Part shown: one piece after another, positions 50,138 through 60,557 of the stretch | How the letters are laid out: each line of letters begins with the position of its first letter | Numbering within the stretch: position 1 is the first letter of the stretch | Source: Escherichia phage vB_EcoM-G157lw | Sequence record: OK331996.1 | DNA: 64,000 bases | Reading direction: 5' to 3' (one strand) | Translations under genes and position numbers: made by a program | The notes under the pieces: model-generated | The model's database searches: none | What the model saw: the letters and a program-made list of their open reading frames with translations, nothing else | Told to the model about the DNA's origin: nothing

Positions 50138-50278
50138 ATGATATTTCTTGGATATGTGATACTTTTTCTTGCATTTTATCTATTCACTAGAGCATGTTGT
50201 GTTGGGTTCTTTAGCACACCAGATGGGTTTATTTCAATAATTTTATTTTGCATTTCAATGACGGTTCTTGATATATGA
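50138..50278 (+). CDS. small hydrophobic membrane peptide
   Basis: 46 aa after GGAG; ATGA-coupled to downstream gene. Confidence 0.4.
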   Translation: MIFLGYVILFLAFYLFTRACCVGFFSTPDGFISIILFCISMTVLDI

Positions 50279-50898
50279 AAAAATATATAACTTATTTAAC
50301 AATATATAGTGGAGATAAACTTCCTCCTTTTTATATTGGATCTACGTCTTTAGATAGGCATTTAGCTGGATATCATGGTTCAGTTTTATCTAAAAAGTAT
50401 AAGAAAATTTATAATAAAGAGCTTTCAGATAATCCTCACTTATTTGATTCATGCATTTTAGCTGAATTTGATACGCGTGAAGAAGCTATTAAATGCGAGT
50501 TATATTATCAACGATTGCATGATGCAGTTAAAAATCCATTATTCTTTAATATGTCATATGCTGCTCCAAAAGGTTCATTTGGAAGAGATAATAAAGGACA
50601 AAATCATCCATTATATGGTTCTCATAATTGTAAAGGAAATATACATTCACATGATCCATTAACAGGAAAATCTGCCTTTTTGCCTTATATTCCAGAAGGT
50701 TATGTAAAAGGAAGGTCAAATAAATTTAAAGCTTCATCACATAATAAAGGTAAAAAATGGTATAATAACGGAGTTAAGCAAATGTTATGTCATGAACCTC
50801 CTGGTCCTGAATGGACAAAAGGAAAAATTAAAGAACTGGTTTCAAAAGCAGCTAAATTAGGATGGAAAAGACACCATGAAAATACTAAACTTGGGTGA
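50275..50898 (+). CDS. GIY-YIG-like putative homing endonuclease
   Basis: 207 aa; TIYSGDKLPPFYIGST motif; His/Lys-rich C-terminus; overlaps gene 47 start by 23 nt. Confidence 0.5.
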   Translation: MKKYITYLTIYSGDKLPPFYIGSTSLDRHLAGYHGSVLSKKYKKIYNKELSDNPHLFDSCILAEFDTREEAIKCELYYQRLHDAVKNPLFFNMSYAAPKGSFGRDNKGQNHPLYGSHNCKGNIHSHDPLTGKSAFLPYIPEGYVKGRSNKFKASSHNKGKKWYNNGVKQMLCHEPPGPEWTKGKIKELVSKAAKLGWKRHHENTKLG

Positions 50899-51895
50899 TT
50901 GGCATTTAGGCGTTAAAGCTGATGATGAGTGGATTCGCGGTATTCAAATTGATGGAATTAAGCAAGCGATAGAATATTCTAAGAAAAATGGAATTACTGT
51001 ATGGATTCAATACGGTGATATTTTTGATGTGCGAAAAGCGATCACGCATAAAACTATGGAGTTTGCCCGTGAAATAGTTCAAATGCTTGATGGTGCTGGA
51101 ATCACATTACATACTATTGTAGGAAATCACGATCTTCACTACAAAAATGTAATGCATCCAAATGCCTCTACTGAGCTTTTGGCTAAATATCCTAATGTTA
51201 AAGTATATGATAAGCCTACTACAGTAGATTTTGACGGATGTTTGATTGATTTAATTCCTTGGATGTGTGAAGAAAATACTGGTGAAATTCTTGAACACAT
51301 CAAAACTTCATCTGCTTCTTTTTGTGTTGGTCACTGGGAGCTGAATGGATTTTATTTTTATAAAGGAATGAAATCTCATGGTCTTGAACCTGATTTCCTT
51401 AAGACTTATAAAGAGGTGTGGTCTGGTCACTTCCATACTATCTCTGAGGCTGCTAACGTCAGATATATTGGGACACCATGGACACTAACTGCAGGTGACG
51501 AGAATGACCCTCGTGGGTTCTGGATGTTTGATACAGAAACAGAACGAATGGAATTTATTCCAAACAACACTACCTGGCATCGTAGAATTCATTATCCATT
51601 TAAAGGAAAAATTGACTATAAAGATTTTACAAATCTATCAGTACGTGTTATAGTAACTGAGGTAGACAAAAATCTGACGAAGTTCGAATCTGAACTAGAA
51701 AAAGTTGTGCATTCATTACGAGTTGTGTCAAAAATTGATAACTCTGTCGAGTCAGATGACAGTGAAGAAGTTGAAGTTCAATCTCTTCAGACGTTAATGG
51801 AAGAATACATTAATGCAATTCCAGACATCACTGATTCTGACCGTGAAGCACTTATTCAATATGCGAATCAGCTATATGTAGAGGCAACACAATGA
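50876..51895 (+). CDS. 47: recombination endonuclease subunit gp47 (Mre11-like)
   Basis: 339 aa, phosphoesterase motifs LGDWHLG, GNHD. Confidence 0.9.
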   Translation: MKILNLGDWHLGVKADDEWIRGIQIDGIKQAIEYSKKNGITVWIQYGDIFDVRKAITHKTMEFAREIVQMLDGAGITLHTIVGNHDLHYKNVMHPNASTELLAKYPNVKVYDKPTTVDFDGCLIDLIPWMCEENTGEILEHIKTSSASFCVGHWELNGFYFYKGMKSHGLEPDFLKTYKEVWSGHFHTISEAANVRYIGTPWTLTAGDENDPRGFWMFDTETERMEFIPNNTTWHRRIHYPFKGKIDYKDFTNLSVRVIVTEVDKNLTKFESELEKVVHSLRVVSKIDNSVESDDSEEVEVQSLQTLMEEYINAIPDITDSDREALIQYANQLYVEATQ

Positions 51896-52155
51896 CTTTT
51901 GATGAATTTAAAAATGTTATGATGAGTCAGCATTTTGAATGCGAAGTAAAAGATGATATTGGGCATAAAGAAATTATTGAATATTGGTTTGAACCGTTAG
52001 AGGTTGAAGATAATTGTATTAAAAAGGTTACGGTATGCACTGATTGGGCCGTATCTTTTAACTTCAACATTTTAGATAATGATACACCTAAATCATTACA
52101 AGATATGGCTGTATCTTGTATTAAGGATGCATACTGTGAAGTTTTCGACATTTGA
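51892..52155 (+). CDS. hypothetical protein
   Basis: 87 aa, ATGA-coupled to gene 47. Confidence 0.55.
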   Translation: MTFDEFKNVMMSQHFECEVKDDIGHKEIIEYWFEPLEVEDNCIKKVTVCTDWAVSFNFNILDNDTPKSLQDMAVSCIKDAYCEVFDI

Positions 52156-52342
52156 CATTAATGATGAATTCATAGCAAATATTGATTATACCGAAGAAGA
52201 TTCTAGATATGTTGGAATAATTTATATCACATCAAAAGTAGCACAAGGTGTTGTTTGCATGGCTGAATTTGATGAATACTTTTTAGATTATGATGATATG
52301 ATAGAATGGTCTAAAAGATACATTAAAAGGAATCTTTTGTGA
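52127..52342 (+). CDS. hypothetical protein
   Basis: start uncertain (ATG 52127 or GTG 52136). Confidence 0.4.
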   Translation: MHTVKFSTFDINDEFIANIDYTEEDSRYVGIIYITSKVAQGVVCMAEFDEYFLDYDDMIEWSKRYIKRNLL

Positions 52343-54021
52343 AGAATTTTAAACTAAACCGAGTTAGGTATCAAAATATAATGTCAGTAGGTGGAAATCC
52401 TATTGACATTCAATTAGATAGGGTTCAAAAAACTCTTATTACTGGCCGAAATGGCGGTGGTAAGTCTACTATGTTAGAAGCCATCACATTTGGGCTTTTT
52501 GGCAAGCCATTTCGTGATGTAAAGAAAGGTCAATTAATAAACAGCACAAATAAGAAAGAACTTTTAGTTGAACTGTGGATGGAATATGATGAGAAAAAGT
52601 ATTATATCAAAAGAGGACAAAAACCAAACGTTTTCGAAATCACCGTTAACGGTACACGTCTTAATGAATCTGCCAGCAGTAAAGATTTCCAAGCAGAATT
52701 TGAACAGCTTATCGGAATGTCATATGCCAGTTTCAAGCAGATTGTTGTCCTTGGTACAGCAGGGTATACCCCTTTCATGGGTTTGTCGACCCCTGCGCGA
52801 AGAAAGCTTGTGGAAGACCTGCTTGAGGTAGGAACATTAGCTGAAATGGATAAGCTTAATAAAGCACTAATACGTGAATTAAATTCACAAAACCAAGTGC
52901 TTGATGTTAAAAAAGATAGTATTATCCAACAAATTAAAATATATAATGATAACGTTGAACGCCAGAAAAAATTAACGGGTGACAACCTTACTCGTCTTCA
53001 AAATATGTATGATGATTTGGCAAAAGAAGCTAGAACGCTAAAATCGGAAATAGAAGAAGCTAATGAAAGATTAGTTAATATTGTTTTAGATGAAGACCCG
53101 ACTGATGCATTTAATAAAATCGGTCAAGAAGCAGTTTTAATTAAATCAAAAATTGACTCGTATAATAAAGTCATTAATATGTATCACGAAGGTGGATTAT
53201 GCCCAACCTGCTTGTCACAATTAAGTTCAGGTGATAAAGTTGTTTCTAAAATTAAAGATAAAGTTTCTGAATGTACGCATTCGTTTGAACAGCTTTCAAC
53301 ACATCGTGATAATTTAAAAGTTCTTGTTGATGAATACCGAGATAATATTAAAACCCAGCAGTCGTTGGCAAATGATATTCGCAATAAAAAGCAATCTCTG
53401 ATCGCAGCAGTAGATAAAGCTAAAAAGGTTAAAGCGGCTATAGAAAAAGCATCTTCTGAGTTTATTGACCATGCTGATGAAATAGCACTGCTTCAAGAAG
53501 AACTTGATAAAATTGTTAAGACAAAAACTAATTTAGTAATGGAAAAATACCACCGAGGAATTTTGACTGATATGCTCAAAGATTCTGGTATTAAAGGTGC
53601 TATTATTAAAAAGTACATTCCATTATTTAATAAGCAGATTAACCATTATCTTAAAATAATGGAAGCGGATTATGTGTTTACATTAGATGAAGAATTTAAT
53701 GAGACAATTAAATCACGTGGTCGTGAAGATTTTAGTTATGCTTCATTCAGTCAAGGTGAAAAAGCGCGAATTGATATTGCTCTTTTATTTACTTGGCGTG
53801 ATATTGCTGAAAAAGTTTCAGGCGTTAAAATAAACACACTAATTCTTGATGAAGTTTTTGATTCAGCGACCGACGTTGAAGGTGTAAAAGCTATTTCAAC
53901 TATTTTAGATAGTTTAAAAAATACTAATGTTTTTGTTATTTCGCATAGAGACCATGACCCGCAAGCATACGGTCAGCATCTTCAAATGAAGAAAGTTGGT
54001 CGATTTACTGTAATGGTTTAA
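52339..54021 (+). CDS. 46: recombination endonuclease ATPase subunit gp46 (Rad50/SbcC-like)
   Basis: 560 aa, Walker A GRNGGGKST, central coiled coil, Walker B LILDEVFD. Confidence 0.9.
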   Translation: MKNFKLNRVRYQNIMSVGGNPIDIQLDRVQKTLITGRNGGGKSTMLEAITFGLFGKPFRDVKKGQLINSTNKKELLVELWMEYDEKKYYIKRGQKPNVFEITVNGTRLNESASSKDFQAEFEQLIGMSYASFKQIVVLGTAGYTPFMGLSTPARRKLVEDLLEVGTLAEMDKLNKALIRELNSQNQVLDVKKDSIIQQIKIYNDNVERQKKLTGDNLTRLQNMYDDLAKEARTLKSEIEEANERLVNIVLDEDPTDAFNKIGQEAVLIKSKIDSYNKVINMYHEGGLCPTCLSQLSSGDKVVSKIKDKVSECTHSFEQLSTHRDNLKVLVDEYRDNIKTQQSLANDIRNKKQSLIAAVDKAKKVKAAIEKASSEFIDHADEIALLQEELDKIVKTKTNLVMEKYHRGILTDMLKDSGIKGAIIKKYIPLFNKQINHYLKIMEADYVFTLDEEFNETIKSRGREDFSYASFSQGEKARIDIALLFTWRDIAEKVSGVKINTLILDEVFDSATDVEGVKAISTILDSLKNTNVFVISHRDHDPQAYGQHLQMKKVGRFTVMV

Positions 54022-54076
54022 TTTATAAGAGATTATGCTTTAATTTATTAGAGTATAATCTCTATGGAGGAAAAAC

Positions 54077-54265
54077 ATGGAATATTCAACTGGACAGCAT
54101 CTATTAACTATTCCTGAAATAAAACGATATATTCTGAGAAATAATTTTTCTAATGAAGAGCATATAGTTACTGAATCTATGCTTAGGAATGCATTTAAAG
54201 CAGAATATACAAAAATAATGTCCAATAGAAATGAAGCTTGGACTGTTACTGATTATTATGACTAA
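54077..54265 (+). CDS. hypothetical protein (45.2 position)
   Basis: 62 aa. Confidence 0.5.
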   Translation: MEYSTGQHLLTIPEIKRYILRNNFSNEEHIVTESMLRNAFKAEYTKIMSNRNEAWTVTDYYD

Positions 54266-54274
54266 AGGTGTATT

Positions 54275-54664
54275 ATGACTAAAATTACTGTGAATTATAC
54301 TGTTGATGTAAAAGATATTCAGCCAAAACACGTGCGTTCTGACTCAAATCCGCAAAACCAAAATAAAATTCGTCGCGCATGGGTTTTGTCTCTTTCTGAT
54401 AACGCAATGGAAGTTATTCAGAACAAAATTAAATCTGCACCTGCTCGTCATGCATATTATGAAGCTATCGATCGTGAAGTAAGTAATAAATGGATTGAAC
54501 TAATGCGCAAACATACGACAGAATCTCTAAATGCTGGTGCTAAATTTATTATGACTTCATGCGGTGAACGCCTTGAAGATGATTATTGCGGTAATGCAGA
54601 TGAACGTCTAATTGTTGCTGCTCAAATTGTTGCGGAAACAATTGCTGCTGATTTTAATCGTTAA
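54275..54664 (+). CDS. rpbA: RNA polymerase binding protein RpbA
   Basis: 129 aa, position between 45 and 46. Confidence 0.65.
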   Translation: MTKITVNYTVDVKDIQPKHVRSDSNPQNQNKIRRAWVLSLSDNAMEVIQNKIKSAPARHAYYEAIDREVSNKWIELMRKHTTESLNAGAKFIMTSCGERLEDDYCGNADERLIVAAQIVAETIAADFNR

Positions 54665-54719
54665 TTGCTTTATTAAATTAGTTATAAAATTAAATCTCAT
54701 TTGAATTGAAGGAAATTAC

Positions 54720-55406
54720 ATGAAACTGTCTAAAGATACTACTGCTCTGCTTAAAAATTTCGCTACTATTAACTCTGGTATTATGCTTAAATCCGGTCAA
54801 TTTATTATGACTCGTGCAGTTAATGGTACAACTTATGCGGAAGCAAATATTTCTGACACTATTGATTTTGATGTAGCAATTTACGATTTGAATGGTTTTC
54901 TCGGTATTCTGTCTTTAGTTAATGATGATGCAGAAATTTCCCAGTCAGAAGATGGAAATATTAAAATTGCTGATGCCCGTTCAACAATTTTTTGGCCAGC
55001 AGCCGATCCGAGTACAGTAGTTGCTCCTAATAAACCAATTCCATTCCCAGTAGCATCTGTTGTTACTGAAATTAAAGCTGAAGACCTTCAACAGCTGTTG
55101 CGTGTATCTCGTGGTCTGCAGATTGATACAATTGCTATCACGGTAAAAGAAGGTAAAATCGTAATTAACGGTTTTAATAAAGTAGAAGATTCTGCTCTGA
55201 CCCGTGTTAAATATTCTTTGACTCTTGGTGATTATGATGGTGAAAATACATTTAATTTCATTATCAATATGGCAAATATGAAAATGCAACCAGGAAATTA
55301 TAAACTTCTGCTCTGGGCAAAAGGTAAACAAGGTGCTGCTAAATTTGAAGGTGAACACGCGAATTATGTAGTAGCTCTTGAAGCTGATTCTACCCACGAT
55401 TTTTAA
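54720..55406 (+). CDS. 45: sliding clamp gp45
   Basis: 228 aa MKLSKDTTALLKNFATINSGIMLKSGQFIMTRAV... Confidence 0.9.
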   Translation: MKLSKDTTALLKNFATINSGIMLKSGQFIMTRAVNGTTYAEANISDTIDFDVAIYDLNGFLGILSLVNDDAEISQSEDGNIKIADARSTIFWPAADPSTVVAPNKPIPFPVASVVTEIKAEDLQQLLRVSRGLQIDTIAITVKEGKIVINGFNKVEDSALTRVKYSLTLGDYDGENTFNFIINMANMKMQPGNYKLLLWAKGKQGAAKFEGEHANYVVALEADSTHDF

Positions 55407-55409
55407 TAG

Positions 55410-55425
55410 AGGGCTTCGGCCCTTT
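55410..55425 (+). terminator. UUCG-loop hairpin terminator
   Basis: GGGC ttcg GCCC then TTT. Confidence 0.55.
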
Positions 55426-55457
55426 ATAATTTACACTAAAACTTGAATGAGGAAATT

Positions 55458-56417
55458 ATGATTACCGTAAATGAAAAAGAACACATTCTTGAACAGAAAT
55501 ATCGTCCATCTACTATCGATGAATGTATTCTTCCCGCCTTTGATAAAGAAACCTTTAAATCTATTACAAGTAAAGGTAAGATTCCACATATTATTCTTCA
55601 TTCTCCTTCTCCAGGAACAGGTAAAACAACTGTAGCAAAAGCATTGTGTCATGATGTAAATGCTGATATGATGTTTGTGAATGGATCAGATTGTAAAATT
55701 GATTTCGTTCGCGGTCCTTTGACTAATTTTGCCAGCGCCGCTTCATTTGACGGTCGTCAAAAAGTAATCGTTATTGATGAATTTGACCGTTCAGGATTAG
55801 CAGAGTCTCAGCGACATCTTCGTTCCTTTATGGAAGCTTATAGTTCGAACTGTAGTATTATTATTACTGCTAACAATATTGATGGTATTATTAAACCGCT
55901 TCAGTCACGCTGCCGAGTTATCACATTCGGTCAACCGACCGATGAAGATAAAATTGAAATGATGAAGCAGATGATTCGTCGATTGACTGAAATCTGTAAG
56001 CATGAAGGAATTGCTATAGCTGATATGAAAGTTGTAGCAGCTTTGGTTAAAAAGAATTTTCCTGATTTTCGTAAAACTATTGGCGAGCTCGATAGTTATT
56101 CATCTAAAGGTGTTTTGGATGCTGGTATTTTATCACTGGTTACTAACGATCGTGGTGCTATTGATGATGTTCTTGAGTCTCTCAAAAATAAAGATGTTAA
56201 ACAACTCAGAGCTTTAGCACCAAAATATGCAGCCGATTATTCGTGGTTCGTGGGTAAACTTGCCGAAGAAATCTATTCACGTGTAACTCCACAGAGTATT
56301 ATTCGTATGTACGAAATTGTCGGCGAAAATAATCAGTATCATGGTATTGCAGCTAATACTGAATTGCATCTAGTTTATCTTTTCATTCAGTTAGCATGTG
56401 AAATGCAGTGGAAGTGA
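55458..56417 (+). CDS. 44: clamp loader large subunit gp44
   Basis: ATG 55458 after TGAGGAAA (track start is TTG); 319 aa, Walker A SPGTGKTT. Confidence 0.9.
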   Translation: MITVNEKEHILEQKYRPSTIDECILPAFDKETFKSITSKGKIPHIILHSPSPGTGKTTVAKALCHDVNADMMFVNGSDCKIDFVRGPLTNFASAASFDGRQKVIVIDEFDRSGLAESQRHLRSFMEAYSSNCSIIITANNIDGIIKPLQSRCRVITFGQPTDEDKIEMMKQMIRRLTEICKHEGIAIADMKVVAALVKKNFPDFRKTIGELDSYSSKGVLDAGILSLVTNDRGAIDDVLESLKNKDVKQLRALAPKYAADYSWFVGKLAEEIYSRVTPQSIIRMYEIVGENNQYHGIAANTELHLVYLFIQLACEMQWK

Positions 56418-56418
56418 T

Positions 56419-56982
56419 ATGAGCTTATTTGAAGATGATATTCAATTAAACGAGCATCAAGTTGCTTGGTATTCAAAAGATTGGACAGCTGTCCAATCCG
56501 CTGCTGATTCTTTTAAAGAAAAAGCTGAAAATGAATTTTTTGAAATAATTGGAGCTATTAATAATAAAACTAAATGCTCTATTGCTCAAAAAGATTATTC
56601 AAAATTCATGGTTGAAAATGCATTATCACAATTTCCAGAGTGCATGCCAGCTGTATATGCTATGAATTTAATTGGATCAGGCTTAAGCGATGAAGCTCAT
56701 TTTAATTATCTAATGGCTGCAGTTCCTCGTGGTAAAAGATATGGTAAATGGGCAAAACTAGTTGAAGATTCCACCGAAGTATTGATTATTAAGTTACTTG
56801 CTAAGCGGTATCAAGTTAACACAAATGATGCAATTAACTATAAATCAATTCTTACTAAAAATGGAAAACTTCCTTTAGTATTAAAAGAACTAAAAGGTTT
56901 AGTCACGGATGATTTTTTGAAAGAAGTGACTAAGAACGTAAAAGAACAGAAACAACTCAAAAAACTAGCATTGGAATGGTAA
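56419..56982 (+). CDS. 62: clamp loader small subunit gp62
   Basis: ATG 56419 just after gp44 stop; 187 aa [14 protein letters not shown]... Confidence 0.85.
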   Translation: MSLFEDDIQLNEHQVAWYSKDWTAVQSAADSFKEKAENEFFEIIGAINNKTKCSIAQKDYSKFMVENALSQFPECMPAVYAMNLIGSGLSDEAHFNYLMAAVPRGKRYGKWAKLVEDSTEVLIIKLLAKRYQVNTNDAINYKSILTKNGKLPLVLKELKGLVTDDFLKEVTKNVKEQKQLKKLALEW

Positions 56983-56983
56983 A

Positions 56984-57352
56984 ATGATTGAAATTACTCT
57001 TAAAAAACCTGAAGATTTTCTGAAAGTAAAAGAAACTTTGACTCGTATGGGAATTGCTAATAATAAAGATAAAGTTCTGTATCAGTCCTGTCATATTCTT
57101 CAGAAAAAAGGACTATACTATATCGTTCATTTTAAAGAAATGCTTCGTATGGATGGTCGCCAAGTTGAAATGACAGAAGAAGATGAAGTTCGTCGTGATT
57201 CGATTGCATGGCTGTTAGAAGATTGGGGACTAATTGAAATCGTTCCTGGACAAAGAACTTTTATGAAAGATTTAACTAATAACTTCCGAGTTATTTCTTT
57301 TAAACAAAAGCACGAATGGAAACTCGTTCCTAAATATACGATTGGTAATTAA
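56984..57352 (+). CDS. regA: translational repressor RegA
   Basis: 122 aa MIEITLKKPEDFLKVKETLTRMGIANNKDKV... Confidence 0.9.
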   Translation: MIEITLKKPEDFLKVKETLTRMGIANNKDKVLYQSCHILQKKGLYYIVHFKEMLRMDGRQVEMTEEDEVRRDSIAWLLEDWGLIEIVPGQRTFMKDLTNNFRVISFKQKHEWKLVPKYTIGN

Positions 57353-57355
57353 GCA

Positions 57356-57376
57356 AGGGGCTTCGGCCCCTTATTT
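57356..57376 (+). terminator. UUCG-loop hairpin terminator
   Basis: GGGGC ttcg GCCCC then TTATTT. Confidence 0.55.
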
Positions 57377-57394
57377 GGAGTATAATATATCAAG

Positions 57395-57412
57395 AGCCTA
57401 ATAACTCGGGCT
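57395..57412 (+). promoter_or_regulatory. gene 43 translational operator hairpin (gp43 autoregulation)
   Basis: AGCCU-AAUAACUC-GGGCU (5-bp stem, 8-nt loop) just upstream of the AAGGAA RBS. Confidence 0.55.
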
Positions 57413-57430
57413 ATAAACTAAGGAATATCT

Positions 57431-60127
57431 ATGAAAGAATTTTATATCTCTATCGAAACAGTCGGAAATAACATTGTTGAACGTTATATTGATGAAAACG
57501 GAAAGGAACGTACTCGTGAAGTAGAATATCTTCCAACTATGTTTAGGCATTGTAAGGAAGAGTCAAAGTACAAAGACATCTATGGTAAAAACTGCGCTCC
57601 TCAAAAATTTCCATCAATGAAAGATGCTCGAGATTGGATGAAACGAATGGAAGACATCGGTCTCGAAGCTCTCGGTATGAACGATTTTAAACTCGCTTAT
57701 ATCAGTGATACATACGGTTCAGAAATTGTTTATGACCGAAAATTTGTTCGTGTAGCTAACTGTGACATTGAGGTTACTGGTGATAAATTTCCTGACCCAA
57801 TGAAAGCAGAATATGAAATTGATGCTATCACTCATTACGATTCAATTGATGATCGTTTTTATGTTTTCGACCTTTTGAATTCAATGTATGGTTCAGTATC
57901 AAAATGGGATGCAAAGTTAGCTGCTAAGCTTGACTGTGAAGGTGGTGATGAAGTTCCTCAAGAAATTCTTGACCGAGTAATTTATATGCCATTCGATAAT
58001 GAGCGTGATATGCTCATGGAATATATCAATCTCTGGGAACAGAAACGACCTGCCATTTTTACTGGTTGGAATATTGAGGGATTTGACGTTCCGTATATCA
58101 TGAATCGCGTTAAAATGGTTCTCGGTGAACGTAGTATGAAACGCTTCTCTCCAATCGGTCGAGTAAAATCTAAACTTATCCAAAATATGTACGGTAGCAA
58201 AGAAATTTATTCTATTGATGGCGTATCTATTCTTGATTATTTAGATTTGTATAAGAAATTCGCATTTACTAATTTGCCGTCATTCTCTTTGGAATCAGTT
58301 GCTCAGCATGAAACCAAAAAAGGTAAATTACCATACGACGGTCCTATTAATAAACTTCGTGAGACTAATCATCAACGATACATTAGTTATAACATCATTG
58401 ACGTAGAATCAGTTCAAGCAATTGATAAAATTCGCGGGTTTATCGATCTAGTTTTAAGTATGTCTTATTACGCTAAAATGCCTTTTTCTGGTGTAATGAG
58501 TCCTATTAAAACTTGGGATGCTATTATTTTTAACTCATTGAAAGGTGAACATAAGGTTATTCCTCAACAAGGTTCGCACGTTAAACAAAGTTTTCCGGGT
58601 GCATTTGTATTTGAACCTAAACCAATTGCTCGTCGATATATTATGAGTTTTGACTTGACGTCTCTATATCCTAGCATTATTCGTCAGGTTAACATTAGTC
58701 CTGAGACTATTCGTGGACAATTTAAAGTTCATCCAATTCATGAATATATCGCAGGAACAGCTCCTAAACCGAGTGATGAATATTCTTGTTCTCCGAATGG
58801 ATGGATGTATGATAAGCATCAAGAAGGTATCATTCCAAAGGAAATCGCTAAAGTATTTTTCCAGCGTAAAGACTGGAAAAAGAAAATGTTCGCTGAAGAA
58901 ATGAATGCCGAAGCTATTAAAAAGATTATTATGAAAGGCGCAGGGTCTTGTTCAACTAAACCGGAAGTTGAACGATATGTTAAGTTCAGTGATGATTTCT
59001 TAAATGAACTATCGAATTATACTGAATCTGTTCTCAATAGTTTGATTGAAGAATGTGAAAAAGCGGCTACACTTGCTAATACAAATCAGCTGAACCGTAA
59101 AATTCTTATTAACAGCCTTTACGGTGCTCTTGGTAATATTCATTTCCGTTACTATGATTTGCGAAATGCTACTGCTATCACAATTTTTGGTCAAGTTGGT
59201 ATTCAGTGGATTGCTCGTAAAATTAATGAGTATCTGAATAAAGTGTGCGGAACTAATGGTGAAGATTTCATCGCAGCAGGTGATACTGATTCGGTATATG
59301 TTTGTGTAGATAAAGTTATTGAAAAAGTTGGTCTTGACCGATTCAAAGAGCAGAACGATTTAGTTGAATTCATGAATCAGTTCGGTAAGAAAAAGATGGA
59401 ACCTATGATTGATGTTGCATATCGTGAGTTATGTGATTATATGAATAACCGCGAGCATCTGATGCATATGGACCGTGAAGCTATTTCTTGCCCTCCACTT
59501 GGTTCAAAGGGCGTTGGTGGATTTTGGAAAGCGAAAAAGCGTTATGCTCTGAACGTTTATGATATGGAAGATAAGCGATTTGCTGAACCGCATCTAAAAA
59601 TCATGGGTATGGAAACTCAGCAAAGTTCAACGCCTAAAGCGGTTCAAGAAGCTCTTGAAGAAAGTATTCGTCGTATTCTTCAAGAAGGCGAAGAGTCTGT
59701 TCAAGAATATTATAAGAACTTTGAGAAAGAATATCGTCAACTTGACTATAAAGTTATTGCTGAAGTAAAAACTGCGAACGATATAGCGAAATATGATGAT
59801 AAAGGTTGGCCAGGATTTAAATGTCCATTCCATATTCGTGGTGTGTTAACTTATCGTCGAGCTGTTAGTGGTCTGGGTGTAGCTCCAATTTTGGATGGAA
59901 ATAAAGTAATGGTTCTTCCATTGCGTGAAGGAAACCCATTTGGTGACAAATGCATTGCTTGGCCGTCGGGCACAGAACTTCCAAAAGAAATTCGTTCTGA
60001 CGTACTGTCTTGGATTGACTACTCAACTTTGTTCCAAAAATCGTTTGTTAAACCGCTTGCGGGTATGTGTGAATCGGCTGGTATGGACTATGAGGAAAAA
60101 GCTTCGTTAGACTTCCTGTTTGGCTGA
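57431..60127 (+). CDS. 43: DNA polymerase gp43 (family B)
   Basis: 898 aa; exo and pol motifs incl DTDS. Confidence 0.95.
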   Translation: MKEFYISIETVGNNIVERYIDENGKERTREVEYLPTMFRHCKEESKYKDIYGKNCAPQKFPSMKDARDWMKRMEDIGLEALGMNDFKLAYISDTYGSEIVYDRKFVRVANCDIEVTGDKFPDPMKAEYEIDAITHYDSIDDRFYVFDLLNSMYGSVSKWDAKLAAKLDCEGGDEVPQEILDRVIYMPFDNERDMLMEYINLWEQKRPAIFTGWNIEGFDVPYIMNRVKMVLGERSMKRFSPIGRVKSKLIQNMYGSKEIYSIDGVSILDYLDLYKKFAFTNLPSFSLESVAQHETKKGKLPYDGPINKLRETNHQRYISYNIIDVESVQAIDKIRGFIDLVLSMSYYAKMPFSGVMSPIKTWDAIIFNSLKGEHKVIPQQGSHVKQSFPGAFVFEPKPIARRYIMSFDLTSLYPSIIRQVNISPETIRGQFKVHPIHEYIAGTAPKPSDEYSCSPNGWMYDKHQEGIIPKEIAKVFFQRKDWKKKMFAEEMNAEAIKKIIMKGAGSCSTKPEVERYVKFSDDFLNELSNYTESVLNSLIEECEKAATLANTNQLNRKILINSLYGALGNIHFRYYDLRNATAITIFGQVGIQWIARKINEYLNKVCGTNGEDFIAAGDTDSVYVCVDKVIEKVGLDRFKEQNDLVEFMNQFGKKKMEPMIDVAYRELCDYMNNREHLMHMDREAISCPPLGSKGVGGFWKAKKRYALNVYDMEDKRFAEPHLKIMGMETQQSSTPKAVQEALEESIRRILQEGEESVQEYYKNFEKEYRQLDYKVIAEVKTANDIAKYDDKGWPGFKCPFHIRGVLTYRRAVSGLGVAPILDGNKVMVLPLREGNPFGDKCIAWPSGTELPKEIRSDVLSWIDYSTLFQKSFVKPLAGMCESAGMDYEEKASLDFLFG

Positions 60128-60140
60128 TAGAATAAATCTA

Positions 60141-60161
60141 GGGACCTCCGGGTCCCTTTTT
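60141..60161 (+). terminator. intrinsic terminator
   Basis: GGGACC tccg GGTCCC then TTTTT. Confidence 0.75.
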
Positions 60162-60243
60162 CATACAAGTAATATAAATCTATACTTATGAAAAACAGAT
60201 GATTCTGGACATTTAGAATTCCCTAAAAAATTTTCACAAAACT

Positions 60244-60273
60244 GTTTACAAGACTGTTCCTCTGCGGTACTAT
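60244..60273 (+). promoter_or_regulatory. early promoter with conserved leader (PeSL-like cassette)
   Basis: GTTTAC, TACTAT, ACAACTATCAACTACTGATACAG. Confidence 0.55.
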
Positions 60274-60310
60274 ACAACTATCAACTACTGATACAGATTT
60301 GGAGAATAAA

Positions 60311-60547
60311 ATGAAAATTGTTATGGGATGCTTAGCAGTTTGTTTAGTTGCATTAGCAGCAGTTCCATTTGTTAGTGTTGAAAATGATACTCAACCTATG
60401 ATTGAATCTAGCACCGTTATTCACACTAATGGTAAAATATCAGTTAAAATTGATGATAATCTTCATGTGAATACAAATGGATCTTTAGGTGTACAAATAG
60501 GTAATACCTGCATAAGCACTACTGGAGTAATTACTACTTGCATTTGA
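60311..60547 (+). CDS. small secreted protein
   Basis: ATG 60311 after GGAG (track start is TTG); signal peptide MKIVMGCLAVCLVALAA. Confidence 0.55.
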   Translation: MKIVMGCLAVCLVALAAVPFVSVENDTQPMIESSTVIHTNGKISVKIDDNLHVNTNGSLGVQIGNTCISTTGVITTCI

Positions 60548-60557
60548 GGAAATTATT

